Counted from the whole stretch's first letter, positions 25,834-37,552 are shown. The stretch: 63,060 nucleotides of DNA, filler included, from Stramenopiles sp. TOSAG23-6 (GCA_900128565.1; 22 parts of 22 records of this genome joined end to end with filler, not necessarily neighbours in it); one strand, 5' to 3'. Program-made: numbers and translations. The notes: a model not told the origin generated them from the letters alone.

Positions 25834-26078
25834 GTACGTTTTCATCATTCAGTTCAAATTTATTTTTTTTGTACCAAATTTTGTACCTAANNNNNNNNNN
25901 NNNNNNNNNNNNNNNNNNNNNNNNNNNNNNNNNNTTAATTAATTAANNNNNNNNNNNNNNNNNNNNNNNNNNNNNNNNNNNNNNNNNNNNGTTTTATTTT
26001 TTTTNAAANTTTGNTTTTTTTTTCNTACGAAATTTTGTACCTAACGAAAAAACGTTGAAATATTTTTCCAAAATACAT

Positions 26079-27353
26079 TCGATATGTTTTTGGAATGCCT
26101 TTTAATTCAAAAGATCTTGAACGTGCCGGGGCAGCCAATGCGTCTTCAATCTGTCTGTTAAGTTCACATGGTGAAGAGCATCATTTTTATAATGAGAATA
26201 ATTTTCATAATGAATATGGTTCTTCTAATACTATATCTCGCCGAACATCTTCAGTGCGTAATAGCATTTGTAGTAGTAACCCGATTGGTACAATGGGTGT
26301 TATGGGTTCCTTGGTGGGCTCAAATGCAAATAGAATTCACCGCAATTCATGTATCTTTTATTTTTTTTTCAATTTCGAATTTATTTTTTTATAAAAATTT
26401 TGTATCTAACGTTTTTGTTTTTGAAATATTTTTCCAAAATACATCAATGCCTAGTAATAGAAGTAATTCAATGTTAGGTTCTGTGATGGAAGCTGAAAAT
26501 AGTCGTACGGTTGACGCGGATGTTTTAATGTCTTCAATGGAAGTGTACGTTTTTATCATGAATTTATTAATTTATTATTTTTTTCATACGAAATTTTGTA
26601 CCTAACAAATTTGAGTTTTTTTTTTTTTGAAATATTTTTTCACAATACGTTGCAAGTGTTGTTTCGAAGAATTATACACAACATGGAAATACCTCTTTCC
26701 CATCGAAATACACTACAATTAAACGTCCTTTTTGTATCTCAGAGTTACAACATACATCTAATATTCCACTGGCAGTATCAACAAGTGTATCTTTTGTTCG
26801 AGGTATCACACCAGAGGACCGAAGTAAAACTGATTATCTACCAGAAGTTGAAAAGTTGCAACAACATATTAACTCATTTGTTAAAGGTGCATCGTGTTTG
26901 AAAAGTGTCCAAGGTGAAGATACAAATACTTTACCCTTCTTACAACCAGAATATGCTGCCGGGCAAGTGTTTTCTGCAAAAATGATGGACTCATTACTAG
27001 GACAGTTGTTTTATAATTCTGATGTACTAGCTCTAATTCAAGGCATCTTAGGCACAGGTGCTGGATCCAATATCTATCTTTGGGATGTTCATGATATAGT
27101 AAGTCGTAATTCTAACCAAGCCAATAATGAAGAGACAGAATCAAAGATAAATTTACCTTGTTCTAATACTCAAAAAGTTAGAACATACGGTCAATTATTC
27201 CAGAAATTAGTCACACAACCAGAAATAAGTCAAGTTCCGCTCGGCTTATATCGACCTAAAGGTTGTAAAGGGTCTCTTCTACCTTATGTGTGTACAAATC
27301 CGTCGGCGAGTACGCGCCTAGTTCGGGGTGACTGTGTGTATGTTCTCGCATAG
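26079..27353 (+). CDS. Ca-activated (BK/Slo-type) K+ channel, C-terminal RCK region
   Basis: DLERAGAANAS, ISELQH, YAAGQVFS..MMDSLL.Q.FYN, TYGQLF, PLGLYR, YVCTNP, DCVYVL; introns 26351-26444 and 26545-26650. Confidence 0.88.
26351..26444 (+). mobile_element. Introner-like intron, GT...AT
   Basis: CAT|GTATCT...TATCTAAC...CCAAAATACAT|CA; in frame. Confidence 0.85.
26545..26650 (+). mobile_element. Introner-like intron, GT...GT
   Basis: AAGT|GTACGT...TACCTAAC...CACAATACGT|T; GT duplicated at both junctions; restores MEVASVV. Confidence 0.85.
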
Positions 27354-27400
27354 GGATAGTTTTGTTAGACTTTATATTTATTTAATGAAAATCTTTATAA

Positions 27401-27760
27401 TCAAACTGCTAAAACGTTGCCTAATTCACCCGAAGTTTGTAACTTTTCTATTTCTGAGCAACCACCAATTGATTTTCCATTTACGAATAATTTTGGTACA
27501 GTTCTTTGACCAGTTATCCGCTGCAAAGCATCCTGCACTTCTTCCGCAGAAACACAAGTATTCTCGAAGCAAACGTTCTGATTAGTATCACTGAGGTCTA
27601 TCTGTTGAATAAGATTAGTTGGAACATATCCAGATAATATCCCCATCGCGCGAGAGCAGTAACCACAACCCACTTTCTTAAAAAAAACTATATTAGTTTG
27701 AGAGATGAGACCTTGTACAACATCATCGGCATCTCCTATCGAACTTTGCGCCAGGCCCAT
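27401..27760 (-). CDS. Glutaredoxin (dithiol, CGYC)
   Basis: CGYC, TGQRTVPKLFVNGKSIGGC. Confidence 0.95.
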   Translation of the reverse strand: MGLAQSSIGDADDVVQGLISQTNIVFFKKVGCGYCSRAMGILSGYVPTNLIQQIDLSDTNQNVCFENTCVSAEEVQDALQRITGQRTVPKLFVNGKSIGGCSEIEKLQTSGELGNVLAV

Positions 27761-28028
27761 TTTAATTATTAGCTAAACCTAAAAAAACAACAAGTTGTTG
27801 ATGCCGGAGCCCTAACCCTAATTAATAAATTGAATAATTCGAATTGTCGGTTTTTGCCGGTCAACTTTCGTCCATCTTTCGTCCATATATTTAAACATTA
27901 TTTTTCTAGTAACCACTTATTTATGTAAAAGGATCATATTATTACGTGTGTTACCTGATTAGTTCCTCGATAAAATTATTTTAGACTTATCCCTTTAAAA
28001 CTTAGGAGTTTACCTCGCATTTGTAGAG

Positions 28029-28697
28029 ATGGATGGGACGTGGCAAAAAACAGATTCCATGCAAGAGTTACACGACGCTGAAAACGATCCGTGGTCTGTA
28101 GACGATTCTCTTACTGAATTAGAGCGATTCTGTTTATTTGCTAACAGTGGTATTGATTTACAGAGATGGCGTGGAGTTGATATGCTGAAAGATGCGTTGG
28201 AGTCTCATCCAAAAAAAGTGGAGGCTGTAGCTTTGGTACTTCCATTGATAGAACAACTTTCACAGGATAAACATCAGGTAGTCCGACAGCATCTTGCCGA
28301 GCAGCTTCCTGCCGTCGCAATTCTTTTACATGATACACAGCTAGGTGAGTCAGGTTATGAATATATCATCAATGTAATTATACCTACTTTGAAACGTCTT
28401 GTGTTCGATGATGGTAGTAATGCTATTAGCAGTGACAAAGACGAAGACTTCGACTATGGTGATGGCACTCAAGTTCGTACTGCTGCTTGTCATGCTCTTG
28501 TTGCGGTTGCGCGTCTAATAAAACGTGAAGATCTTGTTCCACATGTACTCACAATCGCTCTTCAACTTGCTCATGAGGACTCTCGTGATGAATTGCGAAT
28601 AACTGCTGCTCTTTTAATTAATGCTTTAGCTCCATGGTTGGGTCCAGATATTTGTGCTGAATTTGTAGGACCTGAAACGATTAGTCTTGCTGAGGAT
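28029..28697 (+). CDS. HEAT-repeat protein, PP4 regulatory subunit 1-like, first exon
   Basis: DDSLTELER...VVRQHLAEQLP...QVRTAAC..LV; ends at family donor GAT|GTGTGT (28698). Confidence 0.7.
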
Positions 28698-28917
28698 GTG
28701 TGTTTTATTTTTTTTCAAATTCGAATTTTTTTTTCGTACGAAATTTTGTACCTAACNNNNNNNNNNNNNNNNNNNNNNNNNNNNNNNNNNNNNNNNNNNN
28801 TTAATTAATTAANNNNNNNNNNNNNNNNNNNNNNNNNNNNNNNNNNNNNNNNNNNNCTATATTCATTGTTGTTGGTTACTATGTGGTGGTTGCTAGATCG
28901 TTATTTTCTTTATTCAG

Positions 28918-31544
28918 ATGTTAGAACTTTATCGCTATCTCTGAATCTCAATCTTGCAGCAGTCTTTAACAAATTAGGTCATTGGGAAGATGCAGTCTCT
29001 GCTTCAACAGAAGCGCTCCGTATTGATCACAAGAATGTAAAAGCTTTGTATAGACGTGCTATTGCACGTACTAATTTAGATCTCTATGACAGAGCAAGAA
29101 CAGACCTCGAGAAACTTCTGGAATATAAATCAAATTACAAACCTGCGCTTGACCACCTTCGGAATATTTCTCTTGCACAAGGCGAAACTATTGAACCTGA
29201 TTCTACACATGCAGTTTCGGATGACACTAGTTTAAATGACACAAAAAACTGGGCGAAGGAAATTTCTCCAAAGTTCATAAAGCAAAACATATTCTTAGTG
29301 GGAAAGTTTTTGCAATAAAATTGATCGAAAAGGATAAAATAAAACGAATGCAGATTCGACATCCGAATATGTACGGTTTCCTGATGAATTTCGAATTTAT
29401 TTATTTTCTCATACGAAATTTTGTACCTAACGAATTTTTTTACTATATTTTTTTTCACAATACATACATAATGAAATATTAATGGAAAGAAAGATTTTAA
29501 AACGGTTTTGTAATAAGCATCCTAATATCATCAAATTTTATGGTACATTTCAAGATGAGCATGCTCTTTATTATGTACGTTTTATTTTTTTCAATTTTTT
29601 ATCTAATTTTTTTTTTTTTTGGTAAAAAAATTTTGTACCTAATAAAAACAAATATATATTTTTTCACAGTACATGTCATGGAATATGCTCAAGGAGGAGA
29701 ATTGTGGAGTCATTTGGTTGATCAAAATGACCCTCTGAGACGTCAAATAGGCTGCTCACTTCAAGAAGCTAGATTTTACATTGCGCAGGTTATAAATGCG
29801 TTGGCGTTTATGGGAGCACAAGGAGTTGTTCATAGAGATCTAAAACCTGAAAATATGATGTACAATTTCATGATGAATTTCAAATTTTTTTTTTTTTTTC
29901 TGGTATGAAATTTCGAACCTAACGATTTTTTTTTACGAAAAAAAAAGAAAACAATCTTCACAATACATGATTATTGAGTCAGGACATCTTAAATTGATTG
30001 ATTTTATGACTTGCAAAGATCTCGTAGATCCCGAACTAAATGGACCTGAGTATGTCGGAACTCCGGAATACATGGCACCTGAAGCCATTAATGGAGAAAA
30101 AGGTGATGATGTAAATTGTTCAGCTGATTTATGGTCACTTGGCTGTTTCATATTTCAATTAATTGCTGGTTATCCTCCATTTAAAGGTGGTAGTGATGTA
30201 CGTTTTCATTATTTTTTTGCCTATTTGTTTTTCATATGAAATTTTGTACCTAATAACAAAATTTTTGTAATATTTTTTCACAAAACATTATTTAACTATG
30301 CGAAAAGCTCTTGCAAGACAACTTGTTTTCCCTCAAGGCTTTGATAAAGACGCACAGAATTTAATTTCAAATTTACTTACTTTAGATCCAAAGGAAAGAG
30401 TTGCTCGGATCATGGGTATGCAAGTTGATTCATTGAATTGTGTTGCCCATGAGGAAAAACAACATATGAAAAATACAAAAAATAATACAAAAAATAATAA
30501 AATGAAGGAGAATAGTAATGAAAATGTAACAACGAATCAATATTTTGCTGTAATCAAACAACATCCATTTTTTAACGGAATTTGTTGGGATTCGTTACAT
30601 GATGAAACACCACCACCAATTGATGAATCAGAACTTCAAATTCGCACATTTGAAACAAATATTGATGAGGAGTGTTATGGATACGGAACATTTGCAATCG
30701 ATAATTTTCATAATCAAAATCTTGATAAAAATGTATCGACAATTTCAATGAAACAACGTTTTGCTCTGATGCATAGATTAGACGTAAAAGAAATTTTACT
30801 TCCAAATATGCCTTTATTTTATAAAACGGAAGGTCATTCTCGTTCAGTGTGTGCGAGAAGAAGAGAATATTTAGGATTAGGTAGATTAGGAAATGATTCA
30901 TTTTCAAAAAAGTTTTCTTTTATGTATTTGTCGTTTGATACTCGTGGTTATGATGGAACGGATTTGAGTAAATCTTTATTTCGTTCTGCTATTATGCATA
31001 TTAATGTAAAAAGTCCGACATTTGTTGTGATTTCTGGTCGTCTCATTGGAGCTGCATCAGGAACAAAGAAGTACGACAAACTTGTCTCTGAATTTCATAA
31101 ATTCATTGGTGACATGAATGAAGATATTAATATATGCTTTGTAAGTGGAAATAATACTGGTGGTGAAATTGAATTTTCATCAAATAAATCATCAAATGAT
31201 ATAGAATCAATAACAAATGATTCTTCCCAACAGAAGTATAGTAGATGGTCTAACTCTAACTTAGAGATATATCGTCATAACTTTGGTGATGATTTTTATG
31301 GTATCTGGGTGGGTGGAATTAGATGTTTATTTCTAAATTCTTCACTATGGGAATCTAAATATGAAACTGATGGTCCATCAAAATTGAGCCAAACGTTGCA
31401 CCAAAAAGATCAAATGCAGTGGTTAAAACATGAATTATATGTCGCATCTTTATGTGCTCAACATGTTTTAGTTTTTGCACAACATTCTTTCTTTAATTTT
31501 GGTGCTAAACACACAGAAGATATATTATTACCACTAGAAACTAT
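28918..31544 (+). CDS. TPR + AGC/PDK1-like kinase + CPPED1-like metallophosphoesterase fusion, partial
   Basis: TPR (NVKALYRRA); kinase [41 protein letters not shown]...LFLNS...WLKHEL...VFAQH; four family introns; frameshift near 29245. Confidence 0.85.
29371..29465 (+). mobile_element. Introner-like intron, GT...AT
   Basis: Restores [16 protein letters not shown]. Confidence 0.9.
29575..29674 (+). mobile_element. Introner-like intron, GT...AT
   Basis: Restores [13 protein letters not shown]; a CAG 5 nt upstream of the end would shift the frame. Confidence 0.92.
29860..29968 (+). mobile_element. Introner-like intron, GT...AT
   Basis: Restores [22 protein letters not shown]. Confidence 0.92.
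30198..30288 (+). mobile_element. Introner-like intron, GT...AT
   Basis: Restores [15 protein letters not shown]. Confidence 0.9.
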
Positions 31545-31810
31545 GAACGTTTTATTGTTTTTCAAATTCGATTTTTTTTTCGTACGAAATTTTGTACCTA
31601 ACGAATTTAAGTTTTTTTTTTTNNNNNNNNNNNNNNNNNNNNNNNNNNNNNNNNNNNNNNNNNNNNTTAATTAATTAANNNNNNNNNNNNNNNNNNNNNN
31701 NNNNNNNNNNNNNNNNNNNNNNGTTTTATTTTTTTTNAAANTTTGNTTTTTTTTTCNTACGAAATTTTGTACCTAACGAAAAAACGTTGAAATATTTTTC
31801 CAAAATACAT

Positions 31811-33085
31811 TCGATATGTTTTTGGAATGCCTTTTAATTCAAAAGATCTTGAACGTGCCGGGGCAGCCAATGCGTCTTCAATCTGTCTGTTAAGTTCACA
31901 TGGTGAAGAGCATCATTTTTATAATGAGAATAATTTTCATAATGAATATGGTTCTTCTAATACTATATCTCGCCGAACATCTTCAGTGCGTAATAGCATT
32001 TGTAGTAGTAACCCGATTGGTACAATGGGTGTTATGGGTTCCTTGGTGGGCTCAAATGCAAATAGAATTCACCGCAATTCATGTATCTTTTATTTTTTTT
32101 TCAATTTCGAATTTATTTTTTTATAAAAATTTTGTATCTAACGTTTTTGTTTTTGAAATATTTTTCCAAAATACATCAATGCCTAGTAATAGAAGTAATT
32201 CAATGTTAGGTTCTGTGATGGAAGCTGAAAATAGTCGTACGGTTGACGCGGATGTTTTAATGTCTTCAATGGAAGTGTACGTTTTTATCATGAATTTATT
32301 AATTTATTATTTTTTTCATACNAAATTTTGTACCTAACAAATTTGAGTTTTTTTTTTTTTGAAATATTTTTTCACAATACGTTGCAAGTGTTGTTTCGAA
32401 GAATTATACACAACATGGAAATACCTCTTTCCCATCGAAATACACTACAATTAAACGTCCTTTTTGTATCTCAGAGTTACAACATACATCTAATATTCCA
32501 CTGGCAGTATCAACAAGTGTATCTTTTGTTCGAGGTATCACNCCAGAGGACCGAAGTAAAACTGATTATCTACCAGAAGTTGAAAAGTTGCAACAACATA
32601 TTAACTCATTTGTTAAAGGTGCATCGTGTTTGAAAAGTGTCCAAGGTGAAGATACAAATACTTTACCCTTCTTACAACCAGAATATGCTGCCGGGCAAGT
32701 GTTTTCTGCAAAAATGATGGACTCATTACTAGGACAGTTGTTTTATAATTCTGATGTACTAGCTCTAATTCAAGGCATCTTAGGCACAGGTGCTGGATCC
32801 AATATCTATCTTTGGGATGTTCATGATATAGTAAGTCGTAATTCTAACCAAGCCAATAATGAAGAGACAGAATCAAAGATAAATTTACCTTGTTCTAATA
32901 CTCAAAAAGTTAGAACATACGGTCAATTATTCCAGAAATTAGTCACACAACCAGAAATAAGTCAAGTTCCGCTCGGCTTATATCGACCTAAAGGTTGTAA
33001 AGGGTCTCTTCTACCTTATGTGTGTACAAATCCGTCGGCGAGTACGCGCCTAGTTCGGGGTGACTGTGTGTATGTTCTCGCATAG
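31811..33085 (+). CDS. BK/Slo-type K+ channel C-terminus (duplicate copy)
   Basis: Same as 26079-27353. Confidence 0.85.
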
Positions 33086-33132
33086 GGATAGTTTTGTTAG
33101 ACTTTATATTTATTTAATGAAAATCTTTATAA

Positions 33133-33492
33133 TCAAACTGCTAAAACGTTGCCTAATTCACCCGAAGTTTGTAACTTTTCTATTTCTGAGCAACCACCAA
33201 TTGATTTTCCATTTACGAATAATTTTGGTACAGTTCTTTGACCAGTTATCCGCTGCAAAGCATCCTGCACTTCTTCCGCAGAAACACAAGTATTCTCGAA
33301 GCAAACGTTCTGATTAGTATCACTGAGGTCTATCTGTTGAATAAGATTAGTTGGAACATATCCAGATAATATCCCCATCGCGCGAGAGCAGTAACCACAA
33401 CCCACTTTCTTAAAAAAAACTATATTAGTTTGAGAGATGAGACCTTGTACAACATCATCGGCATCTCCTATCGAACTTTGCGCCAGGCCCAT
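33133..33492 (-). CDS. Glutaredoxin (duplicate copy)
   Basis: Same as 27401-27760. Confidence 0.95.
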   Translation of the reverse strand: MGLAQSSIGDADDVVQGLISQTNIVFFKKVGCGYCSRAMGILSGYVPTNLIQQIDLSDTNQNVCFENTCVSAEEVQDALQRITGQRTVPKLFVNGKSIGGCSEIEKLQTSGELGNVLAV

Positions 33493-33760
33493 TTTAATTA
33501 TTAGCTAAACCTAAAAAAACAACAAGTTGTTGATGCCGGAGCCCTAACCCTAATTAATAAATTGAATAATTCGAATTGTCGGTTTTTGCCGGTCAACTTT
33601 CGTCCATCTTTCGTCCATATATTTAAACATTATTTTTCTAGTAACCACTTATTTATGTAAAAGGATCATATTATTACGTGTGTTACCTGATTAGTTCCTC
33701 GATAAAATTATTTTAGACTTATCCCTTTAAAACTTAGGAGTTTACCTCGCATTTGTAGAG

Positions 33761-34429
33761 ATGGATGGGACGTGGCAAAAAACAGATTCCATGCAAGAGT
33801 TACACGACGCTGAAAACGATCCGTGGTCTGTAGACGATTCTCTTACTGAATTAGAGCGATTCTGTTTATTTGCTAACAGTGGTATTGATTTACAGAGATG
33901 GCGTGGAGTTGATATGCTGAAAGATGCGTTGGAGTCTCATCCAAAAAAAGTGGAGGCTGTAGCTTTGGTACTTCCATTGATAGAACAACTTTCACAGGAT
34001 AAACATCAGGTAGTCCGACAGCATCTTGCCGAGCAGCTTCCTGCCGTCGCAATTCTTTTACATGATACACAGCTAGGTGAGTCAGGTTATGAATATATCA
34101 TCAATGTAATTATACCTACTTTGAAACGTCTTGTGTTCGATGATGGTAGTAATGCTATTAGCAGTGACAAAGACGAAGACTTCGACTATGGTGATGGCAC
34201 TCAAGTTCGTACTGCTGCTTGTCATGCTCTTGTTGCGGTTGCGCGTCTAATAAAACGTGAAGATCTTGTTCCACATGTACTCACAATCGCTCTTCAACTT
34301 GCTCATGAGGACTCTCGTGATGAATTGCGAATAACTGCTGCTCTTTTAATTAATGCTTTAGCTCCATGGTTGGGTCCAGATATTTGTGCTGAATTTGTAG
34401 GACCTGAAACGATTAGTCTTGCTGAGGAT
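33761..34429 (+). CDS. PP4R1-like HEAT protein (duplicate copy)
   Basis: Same as 28029-28697. Confidence 0.7.
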
Positions 34430-34646
34430 GTGTGTTTTATTTTTTTTCAAATTCGAATTTTTTTTTCGTACGAAATTTTGTACCTAANNNNNNNNNNNNN
34501 NNNNNNNNNNNNNNNNNNNNNNNNNNNNNNNTTAATTAATTAANNNNNNNNNNNNNNNNNNNNNNNNNNNNNNNNNNNNNNNNNNNNGTTAGGTACAAAA
34601 TTTCGTACGAAAAAAAAAATCGAATTTGAAAAAAAATAAAACGTAC

Positions 34647-35385
34647 GTATTTAGCATATTGAATCTCAGGGTCTGTAAGACCATTACCGATAGCTAACCC
34701 TTTGAGAGGAATGTAAATATCTCCAGATTTTACATTTTTGTTTCCTTCATAGATTCGATGAGTCACAGCAGGAACGTAATGTCCAGCGTAACTTTCTCCA
34801 AACACAAAGAATTCTTTGGTCTTTATGTATTCAGGATGAGCCTTCAAAAATGACTGGAGAAACTCATACATGTCCTCACCAACTTCAGTCTCGTTGGTAT
34901 CATGAGAACCATAGGAGAAACCAGTGCCTGCTGGTTGATCAATGTAAATGAGATTTGCGTTTTCATTCCACTGTAAAAAAATGAATATAAGTTGAAAAAG
35001 TGTGACGTGTGAGTACACAAATCTTAAGGGGGGGGGGGAATCAGAAAAAGGAACACACATAATGATCACGTACAGAGTTTGGATTCGTTTTTGTCGTCAA
35101 GTCAGATTGAACTTTACAAGGGCCGTTTTCGCCAAAGAGAGCAACCTCGGAAGAGCAACCTGGACCACCTGTCAACCAGAGAACAAGTGGGGCGTTTGCA
35201 GGGTCGTTACGTGATTCAAAGAACCAGTAGAAGTAGTTTTTGTTCTGCGTGCCCAATTTGTAATATCCCGAGTATTGTTTTGTTACATCGCACAGTCCAG
35301 AAGGCGATGATGTTTCGAGGGTACCATATGCATTGACACCGACAATACTAGCAAGAGCTAGTACTGTGAAAACGATTGACAGCAT
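34647..35385 (-). CDS. Serine carboxypeptidase (S10), secreted, 3'-partial
   Basis: Signal peptide, WLTGGPGCSS, YIDQPAGTGFSY, GESYAGHY, IGNGLTDP; canonical GT-AG intron 34971-35073; family donor at 34646. Confidence 0.95.
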
Positions 35386-35715
35386 TGCTTTTTTCAATTA
35401 AGTGTAAACACAAATACGTACTTAGAAGTATCTTACGTACCACCACACATGGGCACAAGAAAAGTTTCGAGAACTTTCTTTTACGTTTTTTTGACATCAG
35501 CTGATAACGAGTAACGTCAACCACTCAAGTTGCTATTAATAGCTAGTAGATTAGGGTTAGGGTTATACCGCGTGTTGTCCTAGGTACTACCTGTGCCCTA
35601 CAACTGGTGAATGGTAGGGTACCATTGTTGTTGCTATTCTATGATTAGGTTCATTATTCATGATGTTTGCTAATATATACAACCTTGTTAGTAAAATATA
35701 TTCATTTTGTTCGAT

Positions 35716-37350
35716 TTATTTGTTCAATAATGCCAAAATGTCTTTGTGTCCGTTTTTACGCGCAAGGTCAGTTGCTGTTACGCCATTATTATTCTTTGCA
35801 TTAACGTCTGCACCGTCTTGCAATAAAGCTTTCACAGTTTCTATATAGCCATTTTCAGAAGCCCAGATCAATGATGTCCAGCCCTGATGATCCTTTGCTT
35901 CAATATCTGCACCACACTCCAATAAAGCTTTCGCAATTTCTGTATTGCCTTTCAGTGAAGCAATAAGCAATGGGGTAACACCGTTTTTAGGCTGATTGAC
36001 ATCAGCATCTGCTCTAAGAAGTTGTGCAACTACTTCCGCATGACCTTTTTCAGCAGCATCGAACAGTGCATTATTTTTCCACTCATTTGACAAGACATCA
36101 ATAAGTTTTGATACTACTGTTTGATGACCATTTCGTGTAGCAACATACAACGGTGTGAATCCATTTTTGTTAGCCTTATTTACATCAGCACCATTAGCGA
36201 TAAGTAATTCAACTACTTCTGTATGACCCTTTTGAGAAGCAATAAGCAATGGCGTAACTCCGTTTTGTTTAGGCTGATTGACAACAGCATCAGCAGCAAT
36301 GAGTTCTTCAACTATTCCTACATGACCAAAATTTGAAGCAATAAACAATGGGGTGGAACCGTTCTTAGTAGGCTGGTTGACATCAGCATCTCCTTCAATA
36401 AGCAATTCAACAATTCCTTCGTTACCCTTATGTGAAGCAACATACAATGGGGTATATTCGCCTTCTGCAGCCTGATTGACATAAGCACCAGTATCAATAA
36501 GTAGTTCAACTACATCAACATGATCATTCTGTGAAGCAGCATACAATGGAGTATATCCGTCATTTGTTGCCTTATTGAGATCAGCACCTTTTTCAAGAAG
36601 TAATTCAACTATATCAACATGACCATGTTGTGAAGCAATCAACAATGGTGTACCTCCGATTTTTTCAGCCTGATTGACATCAGCACCAGCAGTGATAAGT
36701 TGTGTAACTACTTTACGATGGCCATTCTCCGAAGCAACAAGCAATGGCGTAACTCCGCTTTTAGTAGCCTGATTGACAAAAGCATCAGCAGCAATGAGTT
36801 CTTCAACTATTCCTACATAACTCTTCTGTGAAGCGACAAACAATGGGGTATATCCGTCTTTTTCAGCCTTGTTAATATCAATATCATCTGCATCGATAAG
36901 TAGTTCAACTACTCCAACATGACCAAAATTTGAAGCAATAAACAATGGGGTGGAACCGATCTTAGTAGGCTGGTTGACATCAGCATCTTCTTCAATAAGC
37001 AATGCAACAATTCCTTCATTACCCTTATGTGAAGCAATATACAATGGGGTAGCTCCGCTTTTTTCAGCCTGGTTGACATCAGCACTAGCATCGATAAGTT
37101 GTTTAACTACTTTTACATGACCAAAATTTGAAGCAATAAACAATGGGGTGGCACCCATCTCAGTAGGCTGGTTGACATCAGCATCTTCTTCAATAAGCAA
37201 TTCAACTACTCTTTCATGACCATTTTGTGAAGCAACATACAATGGGGTAACACTGATTTCAGTCTGATTGACATCAGCACCTGCTCTAAGAAGTCGTGCA
37301 ACTACTTCCGCATGACCTTTTTCAGCAGCATCGAACAGTGCATTATTTTT
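35716..37350 (-). CDS. Ankyrin-repeat protein, 5'-partial
   Basis: More than 14 GxTPLxxAxxxGH repeats. Confidence 0.95.
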   Translation of the reverse strand, partial: KNNALFDAAEKGHAEVVARLLRAGADVNQTEISVTPLYVASQNGHERVVELLIEEDADVNQPTEMGATPLFIASNFGHVKVVKQLIDASADVNQAEKSGATPLYIASHKGNEGIVALLIEEDADVNQPTKIGSTPLFIASNFGHVGVVELLIDADDIDINKAEKDGYTPLFVASQKSYVGIVEELIAADAFVNQATKSGVTPLLVASENGHRKVVTQLITAGADVNQAEKIGGTPLLIASQHGHVDIVELLLEKGADLNKATNDGYTPLYAASQNDHVDVVELLIDTGAYVNQAAEGEYTPLYVASHKGNEGIVELLIEGDADVNQPTKNGSTPLFIASNFGHVGIVEELIAADAVVNQPKQNGVTPLLIASQKGHTEVVELLIANGADVNKANKNGFTPLYVATRNGHQTVVSKLIDVLSNEWKNNALFDAAEKGHAEVVAQLLRADADVNQPKNGVTPLLIASLKGNTEIAKALLECGADIEAKDHQGWTSLIWASENGYIETVKALLQDGADVNAKNNNGVTATDLARKNGHKDILALLNK

Positions 37351-37518
37351 NNNNNNNNNNNNNNNNNNNNNNNNNNNNNNNNNNNNNNNNNNNNTTAATT
37401 AATTAANNNNNNNNNNNNNNNNNNNNNNNNNNNNNNNNNNNNNNNNNNNNTCCAGCCATCCTATAAAATTTAAAAAAAAGTCCAAAAAAAAAAAGGGTTA
37501 GGTATAAAATTTTTTATG

Positions 37519-37552
<34 letters not shown>

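Larger units (their letters stand above)
31723..34487. repeat. Duplicate of contig 25991-28756
   Basis: Same sequence at offset 5732, including shared N positions. Confidence 0.97.

Noticed and set aside
29369-29463. U12-type AT-AC introns
   Set aside because: Disfavoured: there is no ATATCCTT donor, the branch motif is CCTAAC far from the 3' end rather than TCCTTAAC close to it, AC is not invariant, and copies flanked by TT or TC exist
31723-34487. Segmental duplication of the BK/glutaredoxin/PP4R1 locus
   Set aside because: The copies are identical down to ambiguous bases and contig ends, indicating a redundant contig
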